From: DHVE2 group archaeon
Lineage (GTDB): Archaea > Thermoplasmatota > Thermoplasmata > Thermoplasmatales > Aciduliprofundaceae
Length of the DNA stretch: 37,021 bases
Direction: 5' to 3'
Assembly (NCBI GenBank): GCA_015522955.1
Contig: WALG01000111.1
Location: 1-37,021, forward strand
Shown here: positions 10,104 through 18,603 of the stretch, piece by piece
Position numbering within the stretch: the first letter of the stretch is position 1
Layout: each line of letters starts with the position of its first letter
Translations under genes and position numbers: made by a program
The notes under the pieces: generated by a model
Told to the model about the DNA's origin: nothing
Database searches by the model: none
The model's input: the letters and a program-made list of their open reading frames with translations, nothing else

Positions 10104-10232
10104 GGCCGGGGCCGGGATTTGAACCCGGGTCAAGGGATTGCCGCAACCCCCCTTTCTTTCCGGCTAAAGCCGCTTCCTTTAGAAAGGGGCTTCTCCACAG
10201 TCCCCTAGGATAGCCCCTACCCTACCCCGGCC
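10104..10232 (-). tRNA. tRNA-His(GUG) with encoded G-1 and a 56-nt intron (10139-10194) at position 37/38
   Basis: Minus strand reads G-GCCGGGG TA GGGT AGGGGCTA TCCT A GGGGA CT GTG G [intron] A TCCCT TGAC CCGGG TTCAAAT CCCGG CCCCGGC C. Acceptor, anticodon and T stems pair. C73 with G-1 is His identity. A bulge-helix-bulge forms from CUGU/GCGG with bulges GGA and CAA. CCA is not encoded. Confidence 0.92.
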
Positions 10233-10326
10233 ATGCGTATGTAAGAAGTGAAAGGATACGTAATACATAAATTTTTTTAGATTTTCCGCCCTAAAATATT
10301 TTTACCATGCTGCCATTTCATCCGTT

Positions 10327-11754
10327 ATGGTCAAGGTTACAGATACTACGCTGCGTGATGGACATCAAAGTTTATTTGCAACGAGGATGCGCACTAAGGA
10401 TATGGTTCCCATAGCGGAGGCAATGGATGAGATGGGATTTTTCTCTCTTGAAGTATGGGGAGGTGCAACATTCGACTCTGCCATGCGCTTTCTTAATGAG
10501 AATCCGTGGGATAGGCCAAGAACTTTGAAAAAATATATAAAAAATACACCCCTGCAAATGCTTCTACGGGGACAGAATCTTGTTGGCTATAGACACTATC
10601 CCGATGACGTTGTGGAAAAATTTGTTTTCAAGGCTGTGGAAGCAGGTATTGATATATTTCGTATATTTGATGCTCTTAACGATATAAGAAATATGCAAAC
10701 TGCAATAAAGGCTGTTAAAAAAGCCGGGGCGCATGCCCAGGGTGCTGTGGTTTATACAATAAGTCCCATTCACACGCTGGAGAGTTTTGTGAGCATGGCA
10801 AAGAAACTGGAGAAATTGGGTGTGGATTCCATATGCATCAAGGACATGGCCGGACTGATGAGTCCGACAGTTGCGTATAAACTTGTAAAGATGATGAAAA
10901 AGGAAGTAAGTGTGCCTATTGACTTGCACACCCACAGCACAGTAGGCTGGGCACCTGTTACCTATATGAAGGCAGTTGAGGCTGGGGTGGATATAATAGA
11001 CACTGCCATGTCTCCTTTCGGGTTTGGAACCTCACAGCCTGCAACGGAGAGTATGGTGGCAGTGTTCAAAGGCACACCCTATGATACTGGGATGGATCTT
11101 AAAAAACTGGAGAAAATAGCAAAATATTTCAGGAATGTGGAGAAAAAACTGAGAAAGTATACAAGAATGGAGATGCGCATTGCGGATACACGGGTTTTAA
11201 TATATCAAGTTCCCGGAGGAATGCTTTCAAATCTCTATAATCAGTTGAAAGAGATGAATGCGGAGGATAAGATTGAAGAAGTGCTTGCGGAGGTCCCGCG
11301 GGTCCGGGAGGAAGTGGGCTATCCACCACTTGTAACACCTTTAAGCCAGATAGTGGGTACCCAGGCTGTTATGAACGTTATCTCTGGTGAGAGATGGAAG
11401 ATGGTTACAAAGGAGATGAAAAACTATATCAAGGGACTCTATGGCAAGCCTCCTGGAGAGATAAAGGAAGAAATAAGAAAGAAAGTTCTGAGTGATGAAG
11501 AACCTATAACGGTGAGACCTGCAGACCTGCTTAAGCCTGAATTTGAGAAACTGAAGAAAGAGATTGGAAATCTGGCAGATGGTGAGGAAGATGTGCTTTC
11601 CTATGCCCTATTCCCCGATGTGGCCCGCAAGTTTCTAATGCGTAAAAAAGGATTGCTTAACGAAGTACCTTCACCTCCCACGGAAGGAAAGAAGTACAAG
11701 ATATGGATCAACGGAGAGGAGTATTTTGTGAATGTGGAAGAGGTGAGAAATTGA
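10327..11754 (+). CDS. oadA: Pyruvate/oxaloacetate carboxyltransferase (OadA/PycB family), lacking the biotinyl domain
   Basis: DTTLRDGHQSL, EVWGGATFD, LQMLLRGQN, IKDMAG, HTH, QVPGGM.SN and GYPPLVTP.SQIVG motifs. No EAMKM biotin motif. Confidence 0.88.
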   Translation: MVKVTDTTLRDGHQSLFATRMRTKDMVPIAEAMDEMGFFSLEVWGGATFDSAMRFLNENPWDRPRTLKKYIKNTPLQMLLRGQNLVGYRHYPDDVVEKFVFKAVEAGIDIFRIFDALNDIRNMQTAIKAVKKAGAHAQGAVVYTISPIHTLESFVSMAKKLEKLGVDSICIKDMAGLMSPTVAYKLVKMMKKEVSVPIDLHTHSTVGWAPVTYMKAVEAGVDIIDTAMSPFGFGTSQPATESMVAVFKGTPYDTGMDLKKLEKIAKYFRNVEKKLRKYTRMEMRIADTRVLIYQVPGGMLSNLYNQLKEMNAEDKIEEVLAEVPRVREEVGYPPLVTPLSQIVGTQAVMNVISGERWKMVTKEMKNYIKGLYGKPPGEIKEEIRKKVLSDEEPITVRPADLLKPEFEKLKKEIGNLADGEEDVLSYALFPDVARKFLMRKKGLLNEVPSPPTEGKKYKIWINGEEYFVNVEEVRN

Positions 11755-12443
11755 GGAGGTACATGTACTCTCCATTTCACTACGCTTTTCTCTTTTTTTA
11801 TACCACAATATTTTTCATATTCTCGATTTTCTATCTTATGGGCATACCCTTTGCCTTTGCCAGACTAGGTATCCCTCCATCTGTAGGATTTTTTCTATTC
11901 TGGTTCGCTCTACTTGGCAGTTTCGTGAACATACCTGTGTCACAATTGAGAAACAAAGTTCCCATGATAAGAGAGTCATACGTAGATTTTTGGGGTTTGC
12001 GATACAGGGTGCCAAGTGTAAAATATACCCACACTGTGCTGGCTGTAAATCTTGGTGGTGCCGTGGTTCCCGTACTTCTCTCACTCCTCATTTTTATCGC
12101 AGTGATGATCCATGGTGAATTTATACTTTTACTCAAAAGCGTAATAGGCATTACAATAGTTACACTCCTCGCATTTCTCTTTGCTAAACCAATAAAGGGG
12201 ATAGGCATAGCCATGCCTGCATTCATACCACCCATAGTTGCCGCCTTAATTGCCATATTTATTGCGCCCGAGGCTCCCGCAATAGTGGCCTATGTATCTG
12301 GAACATTGGGTACATTGATAGGTGCGGATTTACTGCATCTAAGGGATATAGAGAATCTGGGTGCACCTGTGGCAAGCATTGGAGGCGCAGGCACATTTGA
12401 TGGTATATTCTTATCAGGAATAATAGCAGTGCTTCTTGTATAA
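11751..12443 (+). CDS. DUF1614-family membrane protein
   Basis: GSFVNIPV, AVNLGGAVVP, GTLIGADLL and ASIGGAGTFDGIFLSG motifs. TTG start overlaps the oadA stop after GAGGTGA (alternative ATG 11763). Confidence 0.8.
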   Translation: MRRYMYSPFHYAFLFFYTTIFFIFSIFYLMGIPFAFARLGIPPSVGFFLFWFALLGSFVNIPVSQLRNKVPMIRESYVDFWGLRYRVPSVKYTHTVLAVNLGGAVVPVLLSLLIFIAVMIHGEFILLLKSVIGITIVTLLAFLFAKPIKGIGIAMPAFIPPIVAALIAIFIAPEAPAIVAYVSGTLGTLIGADLLHLRDIENLGAPVASIGGAGTFDGIFLSGIIAVLLV

Positions 12444-12454
12444 AAAATAAAAAA
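12442..12454 (-). terminator. T-tract terminator of the pmbA operon
   Basis: AAAAAATAAAAAA on the plus strand gives a T-rich tract just after the pmbA stop on the minus strand. Confidence 0.45.
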
Positions 12455-13756
12455 TCAGAGGGTGGAGCGAGTAATATTTACATCGTTCACAAGCACATAG
12501 GGCAGATAAGAGGGTAGAACCTCATCCCACCATTTCACTTTCTCTCTCTCTTTGCTCACTTCTGCAATGCTGGAGAATAAATGCACCATGTTCTCAGTGA
12601 CTCTTATCCCTTTCCATGATTCTACAATTTCGCCATTTTTCACGTAGAATATTCCATCTCTAGGTATGGTTGAGAAATCACCGTTGCGATAATCTTGGAA
12701 CCTCGTGTACCAGAGATTCACAATGTAAAGTCCCTCTTCAATTTCGCTTAGCAGGTCCTCGTAACTTTTTGTTCCTGACTCCATAACAGGCTGCCAGGCA
12801 TGAGGTCTCACAATACCCGCATTTCCCGTGGTCTTCGCTTTGAATTTCTGTGCGGTAGAGTAGTTGTGAAGATAATTTTTCACAATGCCACTTTCCACTA
12901 TGGGAGTTTTTTGTGTTGCAGTAGCCTCTTCATCAAATATTCTGTAGCCGGTGGAGAAAAATGTGGGATCGTCATAGAGAGTAAATTTTTCAGAGAATGT
13001 TTTCTTTCCTATCTTTCCAGCAAAGAAACTCATGCCACTGTCCACCATGAACGCAGAGGCAAGCCACATGCTGTAAGAAACCAGAGAACCAAAGGCCAAG
13101 GGATGGAAGAGAACCTTAAATTTTCCTTCTCTGCCATCTCTAGGCTTGTCTCCTATGGACGCTATCACTCCTGCTTTCTCTCCAATCTCTCTTACATTTT
13201 CCAGTTCTTTTGAAATGGCGGTGGTTATAGCCTCCTGCCCCACATTTCTGTACTGATTGAACGCTCTGATTACCACATCTATATTGGCAACCTCATCCCT
13301 CGCATAATTGTAATTTGTGGCAATCTCCCGTTTAACATGGTCACGGTATACCACACCTGCTGCACGGAGCGCACCCTTATCGATGGCTCCATCAATAACC
13401 TCACTTGCTAGGTTCTCAAGGTCAAGTTCCAAGATATCTCTATCAATTCTACTCTTGCTATAACCCTGCTTCTCAGGATTTATGCCGTAAAAATCCTCAT
13501 TGGGTGGCAGATTTGGAAGAAGTTTTATATATTTCTCAATTTGAGATTCCGCATTGTTGAGATCTTTGATAGTTGTAAGAAACACATGCTTTCCCTTAGA
13601 AAGGAAAACATCAATCTGGCTCTCCAGCCATGCCTTGGAGATGTCAATATCATTATTTGAGAACCTGACCTGTCGTTTGTTTCTCTCCACAAGCATGAGG
13701 GCAGCCTCATCGACGCCCATTTTCAATACTTTGTTCAGCAATTTTTCAAGATCCAT
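12455..13756 (-). CDS. pmbA: PmbA/TldE family protein
   Basis: VRFSNN, FTLYDDP, FDEEA, TTGNAG and GDFST motifs, no HExxH, adjacent to tldD. Start ATG 13756 follows a GAGGTGA SD. Confidence 0.88.
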   Translation of the reverse strand: MDLEKLLNKVLKMGVDEAALMLVERNKRQVRFSNNDIDISKAWLESQIDVFLSKGKHVFLTTIKDLNNAESQIEKYIKLLPNLPPNEDFYGINPEKQGYSKSRIDRDILELDLENLASEVIDGAIDKGALRAAGVVYRDHVKREIATNYNYARDEVANIDVVIRAFNQYRNVGQEAITTAISKELENVREIGEKAGVIASIGDKPRDGREGKFKVLFHPLAFGSLVSYSMWLASAFMVDSGMSFFAGKIGKKTFSEKFTLYDDPTFFSTGYRIFDEEATATQKTPIVESGIVKNYLHNYSTAQKFKAKTTGNAGIVRPHAWQPVMESGTKSYEDLLSEIEEGLYIVNLWYTRFQDYRNGDFSTIPRDGIFYVKNGEIVESWKGIRVTENMVHLFSSIAEVSKEREKVKWWDEVLPSYLPYVLVNDVNITRSTL

Positions 13757-13761
13757 AAAAA

Positions 13762-15126
13762 TCACCTCAGTTTCACATTTCGCAGTCGAAGATGCGGTCC
13801 ACCCATCCATACATCCACACCCTGCATTGGGTCACCCTTTCCACAGGTGCCTGCAAAGAATTCAAGGTCTTTGGCAACCGCATCCACGCTGCTATAGAAC
13901 CCTGGAGTAGTTATCTCCAGCACGGGTCTTCTCACAGGCTCTGCAATCTCTCCATTCTTGATTAGATATGCCTCTCTGCCTACGTATTTCTGATTATAGC
14001 GAATATCATCAATGTTCCACTCCGTGAAACTCTTCATATAAATCCCATTTTTAACGTCCTCGAATAGTTCCTCCTCAGTATAGTCTCCAGGTTCGAAGAA
14101 TGTAGTGCTCATCCTCACTATTGGCTCGCGGTTCCACCAAGAGGAGCGGGCAGCACCATTGCTTCTCAGTTTCATTTTACCTGCACTTTCTCTGTTTTGC
14201 AGGAACTCGTTAATCTTCCCCTCTTTGTAAAGGTATCTCCTTCTTGCAGGCACACCTTCCTCATCATATTTATAGTATCCAAAACTGTTTGGCACTGTGG
14301 GGTCATCCACAACGTTAACCACGGGACTTCCAATTTTCTCTCCTATCTTCTCAGGGGTTATAAAACTCTCTCCCGCCTGGGCCGCTTCTCTACCCAGAAT
14401 TCTGTCTGCCTCACTTGGATGTCCGCACGACTCGTGAGCAACTATGCCCGCAACCTCAGGACCTACGATTAGATCAAAGATACCTTCGGGAGATTTTTTA
14501 GCCTTTACCACAGAGCGTAGATTTTTTTCTTCTTGAGGAAGAATCTCAAACATATCCCACATATCAAATACCTCATAGCCTCCGGTTATTCCATACTGTC
14601 TGTATCCCTGCTCAAAACTTCCATTTTCCATCACACCCATCATGTAAAAGTACTCTACTCTGGGAATCCTTGCTTTTATATGCGTACCTTCAGAGTTCAT
14701 ATACTCCTTCTCTATAATTTTATCTCTTATGGATTGCATCTTCATCTGTGCACTCAATTTTTTTTCAATATCAAGTAGCAACTGGGTTCTCTCTTCAAGA
14801 CTTATATCTTCAATTTTTTTCTTCTCCTCAACACTCCAGAAATCTTCGTAACTCTTTTCTTCGGAGAAAGAAATACTATTCTTTCTCACCTTAGAGAGTT
14901 TGAGTGCGATTCTCGCAGCATCTTTGAGTTTATCCACATCGTTTGTGGCTGCAAATCCTATTCCCTCATTTACCACTCTCACGGCAAACCCGTGCTCCTC
15001 AGAGGAGGTAATCCCATTAACAACCCCATTTTTCACCACGACCTCGTTGCTTTTTATTTTCATAAATCTTATCTCGGCAAATTTTGCCTCTATCTTATCC
15101 AGAACATTTTTCATAATATCCTCCAT
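13762..15126 (-). CDS. tldD: TldD family metalloprotease
   Basis: HESCGH (HExxGH), YDEEG, SNGAAR, PIVRMSTT and C-terminal GTCGKG. Confidence 0.92.
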   Translation of the reverse strand: MEDIMKNVLDKIEAKFAEIRFMKIKSNEVVVKNGVVNGITSSEEHGFAVRVVNEGIGFAATNDVDKLKDAARIALKLSKVRKNSISFSEEKSYEDFWSVEEKKKIEDISLEERTQLLLDIEKKLSAQMKMQSIRDKIIEKEYMNSEGTHIKARIPRVEYFYMMGVMENGSFEQGYRQYGITGGYEVFDMWDMFEILPQEEKNLRSVVKAKKSPEGIFDLIVGPEVAGIVAHESCGHPSEADRILGREAAQAGESFITPEKIGEKIGSPVVNVVDDPTVPNSFGYYKYDEEGVPARRRYLYKEGKINEFLQNRESAGKMKLRSNGAARSSWWNREPIVRMSTTFFEPGDYTEEELFEDVKNGIYMKSFTEWNIDDIRYNQKYVGREAYLIKNGEIAEPVRRPVLEITTPGFYSSVDAVAKDLEFFAGTCGKGDPMQGVDVWMGGPHLRLRNVKLR

Positions 15127-15135
15127 AACATCACC

Positions 15136-16278
15136 TCAGAGCACCTCTCTCCTAAATTCAAGCAGTTTTTCATGCTCTTTCTTCACATTCTTCTCGAGAA
15201 TATCCAGGACCTCGCGAAATGCACGATACAGGTTCCAGTCATAGGATTTTGCAAAAAACATCTTTTTATCAGTGGTTAATCTTGCTCTTACACTGTACTT
15301 TGTCTCTTTACCGCTTATGTGGTGTACCTCCACATGGAATGTGAGCAGTCTGGGTCTGAATTCTCTGAACCTGTTAATCTTATTTAGATACTCCTCCGCC
15401 ATCTCGTAGATTGTGAGATAAGGCTCCGAATCTTCTATCTCCAATCCTGTTATCTGAACAAGCACTCCCTCCTGCTTGCTCTCTTTGAGCACTGCCTCAA
15501 TCACATCTTTCTGAGATATTATTCCAATGGGTTGTATATTTTTGTCCACAACTACGCAGATGTGAGAATGAAATTCAATCATCTTCTCTACAGCATCTTT
15601 GAGATATGAGTTCTCATCAACATATATGGGTGGAGCCATGATGTCTTTAACAAGAGTTACACTTTTCTCTTTCTCACCCACAACCTCGCCCATGCTGGGC
15701 CTGTTTTTCTCTTTCCAAAGTATATCGGCTATATCCTTCATATGTATAGTACCACTCAGTTTTCTGTGCTCGTCCACCACGGGGACGCTCATCTCACCAA
15801 GTCTTCGCATTACATCCACTGCATATTCTACAGGAGAATCCTCTTCTACAACAACAGGGTCACTGCTCATAACCTCAACTACAGGTATATTGGCCACGCC
15901 TTTCATCTTTGGAATCATTCTTATTATATCTGTGCGAGAGACTATGCCCACAACTTTGTCCTTCTCCACCACGGGCAAAGAGCGATATCCAGTCTCGAGG
16001 AGAAGTTTAACAGTATCTCCAAGTGTGCTATCTCTGCTCAATATTGGAGGCTTGACCATAATAGTCTCAACTCGGGCCGAGAGGGGTAGGTTCTTCCTCC
16101 GTATCAGCGTTCGGTAATTCACAAGCCCTACAAGTTCATTCTTCTCATTCACCACTGGAAGTTCATGGAACCCATACTCTTTGAGTTTGCTGATAATCCT
16201 AGAGATGGGCTCACCGATCCTTGCAGATACAACATCTCTGGTCATAACCTCTTCCACTTTTATTGTTTCTGGACACAT
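15136..16278 (-). CDS. Four-CBS-domain protein with a C-terminal HPF/RaiA-like domain (candidate archaeal Hib-type ribosome hibernation factor)
   Basis: Four CBS repeats (VMT..VVS, LPVV..GIVS..DI). The C-terminal ~105 aa shows a beta-alpha-beta-beta-beta-alpha pattern (VQITG..YLNKI..FHVE..YSVRARL..FFAKSYDWNLYRAFREVLDILEKNVKK). GAGGTGA SD upstream. Confidence 0.75.
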   Translation of the reverse strand: MCPETIKVEEVMTRDVVSARIGEPISRIISKLKEYGFHELPVVNEKNELVGLVNYRTLIRRKNLPLSARVETIMVKPPILSRDSTLGDTVKLLLETGYRSLPVVEKDKVVGIVSRTDIIRMIPKMKGVANIPVVEVMSSDPVVVEEDSPVEYAVDVMRRLGEMSVPVVDEHRKLSGTIHMKDIADILWKEKNRPSMGEVVGEKEKSVTLVKDIMAPPIYVDENSYLKDAVEKMIEFHSHICVVVDKNIQPIGIISQKDVIEAVLKESKQEGVLVQITGLEIEDSEPYLTIYEMAEEYLNKINRFREFRPRLLTFHVEVHHISGKETKYSVRARLTTDKKMFFAKSYDWNLYRAFREVLDILEKNVKKEHEKLLEFRREVL

Positions 16279-16408
16279 TACAAATCACCTCTTGCGGGAT
16301 CAGAAATCCCTTCTCATATACCCTATGAATTTGTGGAAAATAAAACTTTCTCTCTCTGTACTGTATAAGATATTACTCATCCTAGGTTGGATACTGAAAA
16401 CGTAAATC

Positions 16409-16468
16409 GCAGATTAAGATTCGAAATTCGAACAATTAAGGTTAAATATATAACTGCAGATTACGGGC
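16409..16468 (+). promoter_or_regulatory. Promoter and putative operator of the mbx/mbs operon
   Basis: AAGG-TTAAATATA TATA box (16442-16450) inside the near-palindrome GTTAAATATATAAC, preceded by TTCGAA-A-TTCGAA (16420-16432). Confidence 0.5.
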
Positions 16469-16495
16469 CAGAAACCTACAAAGAAGGTGATATCT

Positions 16496-17020
16496 TTGGA
16501 AGAAACTGGCAAAATTAGCCGATTCCTTTACGCGTTCATAATCTACACCATAATATGGTGCATACTCATCTATTCTCCCGGGATTGATGCAACGCATTAT
16601 ATTCAGGAGTTTTCTGTGGGACTTATCTTTGCCTTAATTGCTGCAGCACTGAGTTATCGTCATCTCTCAATTAAGGGTCTGAGAAATCTGTCACCACGGA
16701 GGATAGCATGGGCTATTGCTTATATTCCCGTGTTTCTGTGGGCCATGATAAAGGCAAATCTGGATGTGGCGTATCGTGTGTTGCATCCAAAGAGACCCAT
16801 AAGGCCTGGAATAGTGAGAATACGTACCAATCTCAAAAACCCTGCTGGAAAACTGGCTCTTGCAAACTCTATAACTCTCACTCCAGGAACCATGACAATG
16901 CAGATAATCGATGATAAATATTACATTCACTGGATTTATGTGAGAAGCGAGGATGAAGTGGAAGCAGGGAAGCATATTAAGGGTAACTTTGAAAAGTATC
17001 TGGAGGAGGTGTTTGAGTGA
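16496..17020 (+). CDS. mbxA: MBS/Mbx subunit A (MrpE/MnhE-like)
   Basis: IKANLDVAYRVLHP, PGIV and LANSITLTPGT motifs. TTG start at 16496 after AGGTGA. Confidence 0.88.
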   Translation: MEETGKISRFLYAFIIYTIIWCILIYSPGIDATHYIQEFSVGLIFALIAAALSYRHLSIKGLRNLSPRRIAWAIAYIPVFLWAMIKANLDVAYRVLHPKRPIRPGIVRIRTNLKNPAGKLALANSITLTPGTMTMQIIDDKYYIHWIYVRSEDEVEAGKHIKGNFEKYLEEVFE

Positions 17021-17283
17021 CCTGCCCTATTTCGCTGTGCTCAATTTTTATCGGAATTATCTCAGTAGCCACTTTTCTCTCTATAGTTCGTGCAATAAAA
17101 GGACCCACAGGAGCAGATAGAGTTGTAGCCTTGGATGTAATGACAAATATAACGATTGTGCTTCTCGTTCTCCTTGGCTATTATTTTCAGAGATTTGTGT
17201 ACCTTGATGTCGCGCTTGTGTATGGAATATTATCATTTGTGGGCGTTATAGCCGCAGCCCGTTATCTGGAGGGAGGTTTATGA
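17017..17283 (+). CDS. mbxB: MBS/Mbx subunit B (MrpF-like)
   Basis: GPTGADRVVALD, YLDVAL and ARYL motifs; three TM helices. Confidence 0.88.
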   Translation: MTCPISLCSIFIGIISVATFLSIVRAIKGPTGADRVVALDVMTNITIVLLVLLGYYFQRFVYLDVALVYGILSFVGVIAAARYLEGGL

Positions 17284-17624
17284 GCATTGCCATTCTGATT
17301 CTTCAGATTCTGGGGTATATATTTATAGGTATAGGCTCGTTCTTTCTTTTGCTCGCATCCATAGGATTGCTTCGCATGCCTGATGTTTACAATCGTATGC
17401 AGACCGCAACCAAGGCTACAACACTTGGAGCGTTAAGTGTTCTTTTTGGCGTAGGACTTCTGGATCTCGCATGGATGCCCATGAGTATTGTGATTGCGCT
17501 GTTCATACTTCTGACCGCGCCTGTGGGTGCAAGTGCACTGGCTAGGGCAAGTTACAAGCACGGGATAAAACTGTGGAAGGAAAGTGTGGTTGACAAATAC
17601 AAAGAAGAAAAGGAGGAGGAGTGA
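17280..17624 (+). CDS. mbxC: MBS/Mbx subunit C (MrpG-like)
   Basis: GLLRMPDVYNRMQTATKATTLG and TAPVGASALARA motifs. Confidence 0.88.
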   Translation: MSIAILILQILGYIFIGIGSFFLLLASIGLLRMPDVYNRMQTATKATTLGALSVLFGVGLLDLAWMPMSIVIALFILLTAPVGASALARASYKHGIKLWKESVVDKYKEEKEEE

Positions 17625-17875
17625 ATATGGATCTTTTTACTCTTGTGTCTCTAATACTGATCATTGCGATGCTCATTGCCGCAGTAGTGGCAGCAGAGTT
17701 GAAGGATCTTCTCTCTGCAGCAGTGGCTTTAGGTGTGGTTAGCCTTATAGTATCCATCCTGTTCTATATACTCCAAGCACCCGATGTGGCAATTACTGAG
17801 GCATCCATAGGTGCAGGGCTCAGCATGGCGGTTTTGATTTTTGCAATAAAGCATACTGAGAGGTGGGAGAAATGA
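17621..17875 (+). CDS. mbxD: MBS/Mbx subunit D (DUF4040, MrpA C-terminal-like)
   Basis: LQAPDVAITEASIGAG motif. Confidence 0.85.
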   Translation: MNMDLFTLVSLILIIAMLIAAVVAAELKDLLSAAVALGVVSLIVSILFYILQAPDVAITEASIGAGLSMAVLIFAIKHTERWEK

Positions 17876-18603
17876 AGCGAATAGTAGCGGCAATATTGGC
17901 TATACTAATATTTATTGTGCTTGCTCTAGCATTTGTGAAGATACCATTTGGAAATATCAATCTGAGCGATTATCATTATTACAATCCTATAACGGATAAG
18001 CAGACCTCCGACTCAGTACCTCAGCATTATCTTGTGGATGGAAAGAAAGATACAGGGTCTACTAATATAGTAACTGCCGTGGTTGTAGATTACAGAGGCT
18101 TTGATACCCTGGGCGAAGTAACGGTGTTATTTCTTGCAGCCACTGGAGTGGGCTCTATAATGTACATATTTGAGAAGGAGAAACGCAGAAAGGTGCGCCG
18201 TGCAAATGCTGTGGTTGAGACTGCCTCCCAGTTGTTGTTCGGGTTCATAGTGCTGTTTGGCGCGTATATATTCGTACATGGGCACCTGACTCCAGGAGGT
18301 GGCTTTCCGGGAGGTGCCGTGATTGCCTCGGCATTTCTTTTGCTGTATCTTGCATATCCAAGGTTCCATGCAGAGCATAAAACACTCAACGTGGCGGAGA
18401 GTCTGGCTGGATTGACATTTGTCATAGCAGGTCTACTTGGGCTCCTCATATCAGGCTCGTTCCTTTACAATTTCCTGCCATTTGGAGTGCCTACATATCT
18501 TTTCAGTGCAGGTATAATCCCCGTAATCTATGTAGCAGTGGGCGTTAAGGTGGGAAGTGAACTTACCGGCATTGTGGATGCAATGATGGGGGTGAGAGAA
18601 TGA
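17872..18603 (+). CDS. mbsE: MBS/Mbx subunit E (fused MbhE+MbhF, MrpB-like)
   Basis: NIVTAVVVDYRGFDTLGE plus HGHLTPGGGFPGG in one polypeptide. Start ATG 17872. Confidence 0.85.
   Translation: MKRIVAAILAILIFIVLALAFVKIPFGNINLSDYHYYNPITDKQTSDSVPQHYLVDGKKDTGSTNIVTAVVVDYRGFDTLGEVTVLFLAATGVGSIMYIFEKEKRRKVRRANAVVETASQLLFGFIVLFGAYIFVHGHLTPGGGFPGGAVIASAFLLLYLAYPRFHAEHKTLNVAESLAGLTFVIAGLLGLLISGSFLYNFLPFGVPTYLFSAGIIPVIYVAVGVKVGSELTGIVDAMMGVRE

Noticed and set aside
10099..10146. N-terminal extension of PriL (MRQSLDPGSNPGPGPE)
   Set aside because: It is a translation of the tRNA-His intron end, T arm and acceptor stem.
9911..10213. 100-aa plus-strand ORF
   Set aside because: It lies antisense to priL and the tRNA and has no recognisable motif.
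15599..16117. Long antisense ORFs (here and at 11831-12256, 12800-13213, 34830-35246)
   Set aside because: They are shadows of well-supported genes on the opposite strand, with no SD or motifs.
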